Shown: positions 39,769 to 52,100 of the stretch, in pieces
How the letters are laid out: the number at the start of each line of letters is the position of its first letter
How positions within the stretch are numbered: the first letter of the stretch is position 1
Source of the DNA: Bugula neritina
Taxonomy: Eukaryota > Animalia > Bryozoa
DNA length: 64,000 nt
Assembly: GCA_964035545.1 (NCBI GenBank)
Contig: OZ037765.1
Location: forward strand, 28,767,504 to 28,831,503
Reading direction: 5' to 3'
Notes under the pieces: model-generated
Database searches by the model: none
Told to the model about the DNA's origin: nothing
The model's input: the letters and a program-made list of their open reading frames with translations, nothing else
Translations under genes and position numbers: made by a program

Positions 39769-42700
39769 CTAACCAGCACCCCAGCCATCTTGAGCCAGCT
39801 TCAAATACTGCATAATAAGAGCAGGTCCACCATTGACTATGTCCCCAGGTATCTCATTGAGTGGACAACTCTCTATGCTCATGATTTGCAACTGTGAGCA
39901 CTGGGTTAACTCAAAGGGCAAGTTTTGAAGTTCAAGGTTGTCATTTATGTATAGGGACTCCAGCTTTCCCAGTAAGCCAATTTCTTGGGGCACATACAGC
40001 AAGTTGTTTTCTCCAGCACTCAGAAACTGCAGGTTCTTCAGGTTGCCTAGTAAATTAATACAGTTAAATTACTAAGTTATACCTCATCTGTGCATAATAA
40101 ATACCATAAATGCATATTTGCCATACATGTATGACACACCATAATGCTGGGTAGTGGTCACTAATAACTGCAAGAAATTATGCCTTAAAAATTAACAATC
40201 TTTCTATTATAACAATTACAATTATTAGCTCTAGGTTAAACTACTTTCATTGAATACAGAAAGGGGTTGATAGTACAAAGTACTAGTATATTAGTTATTT
40301 ATACTTGGCCCTTCAACTAACCGATGCTATGGGGTAGACAAGTCAAGTTATTACTCTGCACCACGAGTCTGGTAAGTTCCCCCAGGTTACCAATCTCCAT
40401 TGGAAGTTGCTCCAACTTATTCTCTTCCAAGTCGAGTACTCGGAGTTTTTTAAGGGCTCCGATTGTGACTGGCAGTCTTCTCAGTAAGTTATTACCTACT
40501 AAAAGCTTTTCCAGACTCTCCATGTGCTGGATATCATCTGGTATTCTAGTTAGCTACAATACAACATAATTATTGAAACAGTAGCACAGTATAATTATAT
40601 AGAATTAGCCTACAATGTAATCAACTTTCTTGAGTCAAGCGCCAAAGGCACGTTCACACCCAACTCTTCAAACTACCTATAAAATACTCCATGGTGTTGA
40701 GAGTCTTAAAACTTTTCATAATTAATATTCTGTATCACAATGATACTGGCTGTGAGAGGAGTCAATCATATTTAGTAAGCCTAGCCACTCTCTACAAGCC
40801 CCAACTATAAGTGATGGTTTTTTACACCATGTTTCAGATTTGTTAGAAATTAGAAAATAATTTTACAAGAGTTGAATCCTCAAAACCAACTGTGAGACCA
40901 GCATAGCCCACCAGTGACTAGAGCAGATGGTAAATAGTACTACTAAACACACAGTGTTAATATGTCTGGGAGAAGTGCCATGGGCAATTGATAATTAAAG
41001 TTCGTCTGGGGGGTGAAAATAGAGACAAACCAGGAAAATTTGCTGAGCAAGTATATCTTTTGAGAGGATGGCTGCATATATAGTGCCTTGGTATATATTT
41101 ACCAATACTAGTATTGGAAAACTTTGCCAAGCACATTACACACATTCATGCAGATAAAAAGGTGAAGTATCTACTTCAAGCTATGCACATGATTGGAAGT
41201 TACTATGCTACAATTATTAATCAACTTCTTATCCAGGCAACCCAGTCTGGCAATGTTTATATCAGAATGTGACATGCTGTGTGTATAAGTTGCTAGTAGC
41301 TAGAGCAGCTGCTAGTAACTTACACACGCAGCATTACATTATTGTATTGAGCGCGAGTATAATGATGGCAACATCCTATTCTCTACTCCGTGGTCAATAC
41401 TATACTCATTAAAATGCTCTGCAATTACTAGATTGAGTGATCAGCCAACAGCTAAGCTTATTCGATTTGGCAGCATGTGCAGTTGGTGCAAGGTGTCTAT
41501 ACAACGCAGTGCTAACAGATGCAATAAATCTCAACCGTTACGTAGTTTATTGGTGGCCAAATGTCGCCAAGAAGTTCACTTGTCTGCCTAAATGGGCCAA
41601 ACCTCACATTTCCCTCTGCAGGGAGCAATTATTGCAAATACCAACAAGAATATTTTACAGAAGTCTAGCAACAGTGTGAAAAAATATGAAATAGTAACAC
41701 AGGGGTGTATTGCACAAACAACAGAAGCCCTAACACCTGAATTTGAAGGTGGTTTGAAACACAATGTTGCAAATTTCACACTCTTTGCATGTGATTTCAT
41801 CTTTATTACTTTGAGATGAAAAGTCGTATTAAAGACAACATCTGAATTCAAAAATTTCAGCACATTTGCCAACTTTTTTTCAGAACTCATAACGAGTATC
41901 TATAATTTATGTAGTTAGCACAAAGAACTCTATGGGAGCATACAAGTTGGTAGAAACAAGTCAATCGCCTAAATAAGCTTTGCAAATTGTAATTACATTA
42001 ATTGTATTGAGAGTTGAGAATCCCTGCACGAATAACAAGCCTGTATTAAGCATCTCCCAAGCCAATTACTAGGGAACTAAAAAGTTTGATTGGATTACAT
42101 TGTAATTATTCCACTAACATTTTAAGAGTTTTAAGATGATTTTTTGAAAAATCTCAGCTGTTGTTATTGTTTTCAGTAAGTATTTGAGCAGTGCTTTAGG
42201 CCTAGTGTAGTTAGTGGACATATATAATAAACAGGATACCAAAGCACAAACCTGATTGGTCCCAAGGTTTAGCTCAACTATCTTGTTCCAAGTTTTGATG
42301 TCCAGAGGTAGAGAATTGAGTTGGTTGCAACTCATGTTTAGGTTGGTTAGACACTCGGCTCTGGAGAATATGCCATACGGAATATTGGTCACATGATTCA
42401 ACTCCATGCTAAATGAAGTAACCGATTTGAACTGCATGGGCCCACCAACTGGAAACCCGTCAAATTTGTTTCGGGATAAAGTGACGGAGGACAGATTGAC
42501 TAGACTAGAGAGTAGCCCTTCGGGAAGAACTGAAATTATGTTGCTCTCGATGTTGAATTCTTCAATCAAGGAGCAACTAACTAAGGAGGACGGCAAGCTT
42601 TCTAATTGGTTATAGCGCAGACCCAGCCTGTTCAAAGCCTTGAGATTACCCAGAGAGGGAGGGAGCTGACGGAGCTCGTTGTGCTGCAGGTCTAAAGATT

Positions 42701-43688
42701 GTAATTGTGCACAGTTGCCGATATCTATTGGCACCGATTTGAGGTGGTTGTAAGAGATGTCCAGTCCAACGAGGTTGGTTAAACGGCCAATAGCCGCCGG
42801 TAGACCATCTATCTTGTTATCTCTTAGACTGAGCATGGTGAGAGAAGTAAGACGACCAATATCACTTTCCACCTGCTTGATGCGATTGAATCGGAGATAT
42901 AGAGTTTTTAAACTTGTTAGCTGATAAACCACGGGTGGAATATCTGTTAGCTTATTGTGGCGCAAGTCTAGCACCCGTAACTTTCGAAGATTGACTAAAC
43001 TGTCTGGAAGTCCTGCTAAAGAATTTTCGCTAGCACCAAGAGTTATCAGCTCAGTCAAACAGCCGAGTTCTAACGGAAGGTTGGTCAACTTGTTTTGGTA
43101 CAGGTACAGCTCTCGAAGGTTTGTTAATTCTCGAATAGAAGGTGGTAACATTGTCAGCTGTGATCTGCTTACGTCCAGTCGTTCTACTGCTTCATCTCTA
43201 CACTTTTGAATAGTCTTACCTATGTCAGAGGCATTCACAGTCTGGCGTCTGGAACCTGTAGGTTTTGGTTTGCTTTGGTCTGGTGGTAAAACCATGACAT
43301 GCCGGCTTTGAGAGGATCTAGTTACTGGGTCTTCAGTAACTGTGCTGATGCTGGGTCTCGCACTGCTGCTGCTACCCAGAGAGGCACCTTGGCCAGCAGC
43401 ACATTCTGTAGATGGTGGGTTACTGTGCTGTGTGCTTGCAGCGCCAGTAGTCTGACAATATTGTAGTGACTGCTGACTATTTGCACTGCTAATACTACTT
43501 TCGCTGTCAACCGATCTCATATCGTAGCTAGTGTGACTGGCAGGTGCAGGTTCTGGAGGACCACCTGCCATAGCAGATGCCACCCCGATTGGCACATAAT
43601 CGTCGCTATAGTTGGCTATCCTTTGTGTGTTGGCACTGGAGTTTCTAGGAAATTTCCCTGCCGAAGTTACGGATGTCTTCTTACTCAT
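39769..43688 (-). CDS. SHOC2: Leucine-rich repeat protein SHOC2 (soc-2/Sur-8)
   Basis: Exons 43688-42252, 40553-40322, 40046-39769. About 20 LRRs with diagnostic LDLRHNKL..IPPVVYQLTSLKTLYLRFNRIK, GGPMQF, IPYGIFSRA, ELNLGTNQL, LPFEL..CSQLQIMSIESCPL...GGP. Confidence 0.96.
41266..41340 (+). other. ~75-nt near-perfect hairpin in a SHOC2 intron
   Basis: ATGCTGTGTGTATAAGTTGCTAGTAGCT-AGAGC-AGCTGCTAGTAACTTACACACGCAGCAT: 27 of 28 positions pair on the + strand, including 3 G-U. Confidence 0.7.
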
Positions 43689-46022
43689 TTTAGTATTACC
43701 AACTTTGCTGCAAATAAAGAATATTACATTATTATATACATTTACGCATGACTTTAGTCCTTGGAAACTATGTATCCAAATGATAATATCTAAACATTGC
43801 TTGAAAACTTCAACTTCCAAAGAGAAGAATGCTACGATATACAAATGCAAATTGCTACATATAATATTGTTCAGTGACATAAATTATATGTTTACCTCAC
43901 AAACATACAGCATCACTAAAATTGAGTAAACTAATGTTAGCTAAAAATAAGCAACTTTCTGACAACTTTACCCAGTAAAATTATTCCAAGTTAAAAGAAA
44001 ATTAGTTCCCGTGGTCAGACCAGTCATGTTTATTAAAATCAATAAGGATGCAAATGGTTTTCACAGCAAATATAGTGCTATTCTTTATGTTAAACAAAAA
44101 CCATTTCGTGCAGAAAATAATTTCTCGAAACAAATTTGTTGGATATCACTATTGATCTTCACAATTACATTCAAAAACTCTTAAATGCACTCAAAATCCC
44201 AATTTGAACCTTTTTTTTTAGTTTAGATGATCCATATTTTCAAAAAAAAATTAATATTTATAATGAGTTTATGTTAATAGTTGAAACTTGTTTATAATCA
44301 AAATAAAAACAATAAAAAAGCCTAAAAACTGGTCTATTAAAATTAAATTAAAAAACAATTCAAATAAATAGCAGAAATAAAATGGCTCAAATTAAATAAA
44401 TATTGATTTGATTAAGATTGTAGTTATTTCAAAAAGCCTAAAGAAATAAATTAATATGAATACTAGAAAAAAGAGATGCTGTAACTACATTGCTTAGTTT
44501 CCTACACATCATATTGCTTAGTTCCACACATAAACAGTTTTCACTAAAATTTCAAGTTCACCCTTCTTCCGGGGATGTACTAAATCAAGCTATTTATTCT
44601 ACTAATAATTTTCAGTCGCAGGTTAGTAGCTGCATTGGCAAGCCACTTTCCTTGAGCAGCTTCCATATATTTTCTTCAACTATTTTTCTAAATGAGTAAT
44701 GTACATAATTACGATCTTGTTAAACATTTTTTAAAAATATTAAAAATGATTTACCAAATGCTAACAAAAGTAGCTACAATATACAAGAGCTGAAATATAT
44801 TGAAATAAGTTGCATATGATTTATAATTTCATGATAATCTTATATTATTTTTGAAGATGAAAACTTTGCACAGGGCCAATACAACATAGCTGCCAGTTGT
44901 AGCCTCCAAACTATTAGGCTTTGCCAATTAACTATTAGGTGGAGAAATTGCCAACAGCATTGTTACATTGTTTATTATAACTAGTTATTATTACATGGCA
45001 TATGCTATTATGATACTCATTCACAGTACATATTTAATTGAAGTAAATTTTAGAACTCAACTACTACACTCTACAGCTTTAAGTGGTGGGTATTTGATTT
45101 CCCTGAATAAAAAGATTCGCCATATTTTAGGTTGTCATCTCTAATATTAAAATAGTTATTTACTCATTGTCTAGCCAAATGGTTTCCCATTAAACTAAAA
45201 AGTTAGCATTATTTATTCTGCTTCGAAAAATGTCTTGCTAAACACAAAATTCAAGAAAAAACATTTTTGCTTATTCCAATTTCAGTAACTAATCTGAATG
45301 AAACTTTTTAGTTTAAAACTTTTTACGCACATTTTTGACTCACAGTGTTTTTTAAAAGATAATTGAGTGAATTGGGTATGTGCATGTGAATTTTTCGAGT
45401 GGCTAGCTTCTTCATATTTACCAAATCTATATAATCATCAAATATTTTTTCTAATAGCACCGCCAACTTAATTCATGTGTATCTACATTTATCTTGCTTG
45501 TAAAGTATTAAGCAAGCTTTATAATAAAGCTTTGTTGAAAGAAACTCGACTTTAACTACTTCTTCCAGAACTTAATTTTGGTTTGGGCAACTCTATTGGG
45601 CTGAAATTGAGAAAAAGATGCCGATGAAAAAGGTAGGTATAGAGCCAGTTAAAAGTGTATGATTAGACCAAAATGAAAACAGTTATTGCATATAGTTACA
45701 CTACTATATGCTATATGTGTTAATTGAGACAGGTCTTGACCCAAAAAGTTTATACTTGCAGTATTATGGCATAGAAACTAACTTCATAATAGTCAAAGAA
45801 CAGATTCTGGAATAAAAGATGAGCTACTCATATTGTACCGTTTAAAATGGGACTATATATTAGAACCTAAATTAAATTCGGTGAAAAACGATGAGAGAAT
45901 ATAATGGAGAAAAGTACAAAATGTGGAAATTTTGCCTAATTAATTTGACTAACAAATAGTTCTATGCAGTCATGTTTGATACTACAACTTTGCCACTACA
46001 ATTTATAGCATTGCAAGACTAA

Positions 46023-46699
46023 CCCCCTGTTCACACATTGCCGCATTGTAAACCGTAACAGCACAAACAAAATGGCGCTGCTGTTACATTTTGTCAAGAG
46101 GGGGGGGTTCACACATCGACGCAAAGTACAACGCATGCCGTTGACTTGTGACCAATCATAATGGGGTTAATTTTTGTCTGCGGTGACTTGGATATTATTT
46201 ACAAATTATTCGCAACACTCTTTTCAAAAGATGTTATATAAATGCTATTTACTAAATAAAAGCAATTACATGAAAAGAATCTCTCTTTTAAACATATTTG
46301 TTTTTAAAATATTTGTGCAAACTAATTTAAATTATGAATATTTAAGCCGCCCAAATCATTTTTAAGTTGTTGGTTTGCGTGCTTTTGTGATTAGGGAAAG
46401 CTAGATTTTTAAACTGAGTTTAATTCAAAAAGCCTGATGAAGATTTTTTAATCTCTTAAAACTTTTGAATTAGTTGAATTAGATAAAAAATAAGCGATTA
46501 AAATAAACTAGCGAAAATGTCCTTTAAATTTTAGTAGCAGATCAACTCTATCCAATGAGAGCCCACCGTGATTTTTTGAATCAAGCACTGCTTGATCAAC
46601 GCCGCAGCGTATACCGTGGTACGATTCAGCCCGGATGTTATCAAAGATGGCGGAAATTTGCAGTTACGGCGTACGGTGCGGCAATGTGTGAACAGGGGG
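46023..46699. mobile_element. PIF/Harbinger (Tourist-like) MITE, 677 bp
   Basis: Perfect 23-bp TIR CCCCCTGTTCACACATTGCCGCA, extending imperfectly to ~40 bp; TAA duplication at 46020-46022 and 46700-46702; no transposase. Confidence 0.88.
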
Positions 46700-47519
46700 T
46701 AAATCAATTGAACCTTCAGATTTCAAATTCATTTTCAGACCAAACATTTTTACACCAAGCAAAATATTTATCTGTGCTGCACTTCAGTAGTAAAATTAAT
46801 AAATACATAAGTAAAAATGTAGAAAACTTTTAGTGCTTTATAGTCCTACACCAATGGTATTCATATGGAGACTCATGACAAGGTCACAGCTACTGTGGGT
46901 GACTGGTTAAGGAGTCAATTCACTCAATTTTAGGCTGAGGGAATCAAGCAGATTGCAGAAATGTGTTAATTTGCCTGGAAATTACCTTGAAAAAAAGTAA
47001 TCAACTAAACTACAACTTGATATATAATAAAATTATATGAAAATGATAATACATTTTAGTAGGCTCTTAAAACATTGAGGCATACTAATGTCAATGTACA
47101 TATGAAATACAATACACTTGATAGTTAATAAGTTAATAAGCTCCATAACACTTTGAAACTGCTTCATTTAGGTTGTGCCTCTTAACTTTGGCAAACACAG
47201 TCTAAAAGGCTATACCAACAAAAATATAGGTAAAGTTTACTATTATGTTTGTTGCTTTAGTAATTTTACTATCCTTAGTCGATGGGTGATGCAAGCTTAA
47301 TTAACAAATACCATTACTCAATCAGCACAGTTTAGGCTTTTTCTTTACTTGAAGCTGTGAAAAAGTGAGAGAAGTTATTTTCTAGGGTTTCATTTGCATG
47401 ATAGGTTACCTAATCATTGTGCAGAACTTTTTGCCCAGTCTAGGAAATTGAAAACTTGAATTGGGTTTTCCTCAATTTAATGCTAAGTCTAATGGTAAAA
47501 CAGTTACACTTACAGGGAT

Positions 47520-48190
47520 TTGGTGAACAGTCATTACTCATTACAGTTACTCATACACATAGTCAATCAGTCAATTTCATTTGCCTTAGGTCAGAAAATA
47601 TTCATATTGCCATCAGATTCAGTCACAGTGTCAGTGTGAGCATGATACCCGTACGCGGTACCGAGTCTGATGGCAATCCTTTAACTTTAGGTTTAAAGGA
47701 TCGTACGGTTAACATTCATATTAATATTCATATTGACATTAAGAATTATTGCTATTAATGAAGATTAAGAGTTATGAAACTGAAAGTGAGCATCAGCAAA
47801 GATTTAAAATTCCGCAGGAGGTTATTTTTAGAACCAAAGATCTGAATCAAGATTTGGCACTATCATTGAATGATTGATTATGCGAATTATTAGAACTAGA
47901 AGTACAAGTATAACTATTAGTATTAGTATTACTAAGTCTAATTGCTATAACTATAAGTATAAGTATAAGACATAAGACTAAGTCTATAACATTAACTGTA
48001 TAGTTAATAGTGTATAAACTATAACTATAAGTATTACACCGGTGATCGAGACTGCACTGGTGTAAGTAGTTCGTAAATGAGCGTTAAGTAAAACTGCAAG
48101 GGCTTTACACAGGTGAATTCAATTTTATGCATAATTAGAAAATAAAATTATTATTATATTTATTATTATAATATTAATTATGTCGTTATC
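47520..48190. repeat. 6-bp periodic (TNA-NNN)n tracts, SHOC2 intron 1
   Basis: 47710: TAA CAT TCA TAT TAA TAT TCA TAT TGA CAT TAA GAA TTA; 47613: TCA GAT TCA GTC ACA GTG TCA GTG TGA GCA TGA. Confidence 0.75.
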
Positions 48191-48439
48191 CTATGGCTAA
48201 TGATATATCATATATGCTAGTTCAATTTCTTGCATAATTACCTAAAACGCAACCAAATATGTAGTCACGCAAACAAACAAAAACATCGGGGAATTATTTT
48301 AAATTTTGGATTTGATATTGTTCAACAAGGGCTTGACGATTGCTCCAGATTAGCAAGCATAGCACTACTTACCTCTGAGTGTTACATTTTATCTATTGAG
48401 CCTTAGAATTTACTATGACTTTATTCCCTCCAGAGTAAA

Positions 48440-48650
48440 AGGTTTCAAAAAGCAGGAAGTGATTGAGTGAGTACAAAATTAATAATGAAAGTATAGCTTG
48501 ACGTCTTGGAGAGCTTATTGTTTTTGGTCTATAATATAGCCAGATTTTGCCATTATCAATGCCATAGTTTCAGTACCATCCTAGGTTCAAGTCGGCAGAA
48601 AAGTTTGATTGGTTACATTGAGCTTGGATAGCCCAACCATTGGCTATCGC
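48440..48650. promoter_or_regulatory. Probable bidirectional SHOC2/nurim promoter
   Basis: ETS-type CAGGAAGTG (~48453), CRE-like TGACGTC (~48499), two ATTGG boxes. A minus-strand donor (plus ACTTACC ~48366) marks a likely non-coding first exon of SHOC2. Confidence 0.45.
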
Positions 48651-49164
48651 AATGCTTTGAGACTTGAAGTTAAAAATATTGCTAGAAACAGCACCAAGTT
48701 GGGGTTGAATGAATACAGTATTTGTATACACGTTGTTGTCCAAAACTTCCAACTTCAAACTCGAGACCCCAGACCAATGCGTTCAGTTACTACCAACTTG
48801 GTGCTGCTTCTAGCGATTTTCTAAAATCAATGTCAATGCCAATCTTGCATAAAAATAATTAACTTTATCACTCTGACAGTGACATTGGTATTCTTCAACT
48901 CAGACTCACTACATAGTGGTTGCAATACACTAATCGTAATATGTGTAAAATCCCACAAAATTTCGTCAATTTATAGTTATGCAGATCGAAATAGTAAATC
49001 TAAATGGAATACTACTCATAGTCATACCCATAGTCATAGTGATAGTAATAAGAATAAAGAACTTCAAATAGGCAATAAACTAAAATAATTATAATCACTA
49101 CCTTTATAATCAGTGTATGTTTTATACTTATAATTATATAACATATTGATGAAATCAGAATTAA

Positions 49165-52100
49165 ATGGCAGTTGAAATAAAAACATTAGCAATAACTCTT
49201 GTTCACAGCCTCGTAGCATTAGCTTCTGTTGTCTTTGCAACAAATGCAGTCGTGTTGTTTGCTAAATTTATTTCATCTCAACATGAACATAGTTATGGGT
49301 TGCAATACAAGCATACAAAGAGGATGAGCACTGCTTCAGATACAGGTTAGACTATTGTCTATTAGTACTATAATTTTTGTGGATCATTTAATAAAAACAA
49401 ATAACAGCATTGCTTAGTTGGTTTATGTTACACCTCTACTGATAAGTGATACCTATACTTATAGTAATTCATTAGTGGTTATTAATTTAAGGTGTTGCCT
49501 AAATATTTATTGGTGCTGTTATTATTGTTGATATCAATTGTTACAAGCTTGTCTTTAATTGCATCAATATGACTTTCAGTAGCACTAATATTAATTATCA
49601 ATTTTTGTTTGTATTTGTTAAAAAAATTTCAATAGCTGTACACCATCCCTTACTTTAATATGTGCTTTTAGGTTAATAAAATTAATTTTTAAACTATATT
49701 GATAAGTGTATTATTACACTCACAAGCATTACAAAAAAAAGAATCTAGTTTTAACAATGTGTTAAAGCCATTGGGAATGTGATAGTACAATGATATCAAC
49801 ATGTAGTTTTCCATGCTTGATATATTCTAGAGCATGATGCAATCTGGATGGTGGACTTGGCTGTTGACAGCATGCTGCTAATATGCTTTGTCTTGCAACA
49901 TAGTCTGATGGCCCATCGGTACTGGAAGCAGCTTATGCATGTGCTGTGTTTGGATGTAATAGAGCGAGCTATCTATGTAATATGTACATCTGCTACGCTT
50001 ATGGTGAGTATCTCCATTGAGTTGCTTTTGTACCAATTATTCGAATAAAGGGTTTTTCTGCCTAAAAATACAATGAATATGCATAATTAAAGAATAGGCT
50101 AGTATTTTCTTTGATAGAAAAGGTTTGTGTTATGCAGATGTATGTAACTAAGCCAGTATTTTGTGTTCATAACCAACAGCGTATTTATATCTATTTAGGA
50201 GTTGTACTCTCTATTTTGAGTGCATAACTTTGTAGTAAAAACTTTTTGCTTTAATTTTCAATTTCATTAAAAAATCATTTTCTTAAGGTAAGAAACCAAT
50301 TTATATTTATTGAAAGTTATTTAGTTTTTTGTTTATGTTGGTTAGCAGTTATAACCTTCTCATTTTAGGCTGTGGTAAGAAACTGGCGCCAGTCTACCAT
50401 ATTGATATGGTCTTTGGACACAGAAAGACAGCCCTTCTTCTGGCTATTTTTCACCATAGTGCATGTGATTGGATGGACTCTGGTACTCGGCTCAGCTCTT
50501 CTCCTAGACCCCTGTGAGCTGATTGGCTTGAAACAGGTTGTTGTCACAAATTCTGAGTATACATATACCTATAGACTTACCGGGTTTTTCCTAATGATTA
50601 TACACGAATGTTCATAAATATTCTAGATTGATCAAAGAGATGGGTCATTGTTCATTGTTATTTTCATTAGTCATGTTAACTACTGTCCAGCAATGTAAAC
50701 AAGGTATTGCGCAATAATTGCGAAATAACCATGGAAATTCCAATGTTTTGTTTTGATTTTCTATAAATAGTATTGGTATGTGGGGAATGTTTTGTACTAG
50801 AATCTTCTATACTGGAATGCTTGAGAATGTTCTAGAGTGTTTTGTTTACTATAAATACTGAGGCAGTTGTGTTTACGAATCAGTTCCTTTTTATAAGTTC
50901 ATTCTCGGAGTTCATTTTTATACATTCATCTGTGCATATCTTACTAGAGAAATAAAGTACAATTATATTTACAACTCTATTTACTCACAACTGGATTAGC
51001 AAGCTGTATGCTACTTGTCTCTATACTTCTGACTACCAGACTTTTCGAACTCGTCACACTGCTACCAACAGTTTTGTGACAATTGGGGGCTGCTCCGGGA
51101 AGTCTCAGTCGCACACAGGGGAGTTATTAGTTACAACGTGAGCATACACAGGATTAATTAACAGTTGTTGAGACATTATGGCGTTGTTGGAGAGAGTGAC
51201 ACAGATGGGTAAAGATCTTGGATTGGTGGAGGACAAGCTCATAGCTTTTGTTGAAAAGAACCTACCCATTGTTGCTGCACAAGAGGAAAAAGAAAAGGCA
51301 CGAGAGGAAAAAGAAAAGGACCGAGAGGAAAAAGAAAAGGACCGAGAAGAGCGTAGATTAGAGCGTGAGGCGGAAAGGATCAAGCAAGAAAATGAGAAAG
51401 CCATAATGGAGATGAAGATAAAAGCTGATCAGGAGGCAATGGCACTCAAGATAAAAGCTGACCAGGAGGCAGAAGAGAGAAGACAACAACATGAATTAGA
51501 TATGGAAAAGCTTAAAGCTAACACAAGTTTGGAGCACTCAAGACATGAGAGCACCAGGTTAGAAATAGCTAACAAACCAAAACCTAAAATACCATTCTTT
51601 GATGAGAAGGTTGATGAAATGGATAGCTATTTAGAGCGGTTCGAGTGGGTTGCCGAAGGATGTAACTGGGACGAGAGAGATTGGCCCTACCATCTCAGTC
51701 AGTACCTAAGGGGTACAGCAACAGAAGCTTACATCCGGTTGTCACCTACCGACCGTAGAGATTATAAAAAAGTCAAAGAAGCCTTGTTGGAGCGCTTTAA
51801 CTTGACTCAAGAGGGCTACAGAAAAAAGCTCAGAGAGGCAGAAGCTTACGAGGATGAAACTCCTGCCCAACTGTTCACTAGGATAGAAAGTTATGTGCAC
51901 AAGTGGGTGGAGCTTTCAGGGGGCATGGACATAGCCAAACTAGTGGCGACTGAACAATTTATATCATCATGCCCAGACGACCTAGCTGTGCATTTAAAGC
52001 AAAGTTCCTTCAACAGCAGTGAGGATATGTGTGATGCAGCGTCACTGTTCTTGCACGCTCGTGGAAGGAAACTAGCAAAGACTAAGAAAACTAATACAAA

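Noticed and set aside
19533-43688. Functional PP1-related cluster (ZC3H4, SPT5, SHOC2)
   Set aside because: PP1 links are common and SHOC2 acts in a different pathway. No sequence evidence of co-regulation.
42114-43880. 588-aa ORF taken as the full SHOC2 protein
   Set aside because: It extends into introns at both ends. The likely start is 43688 and the donor is at 42251.
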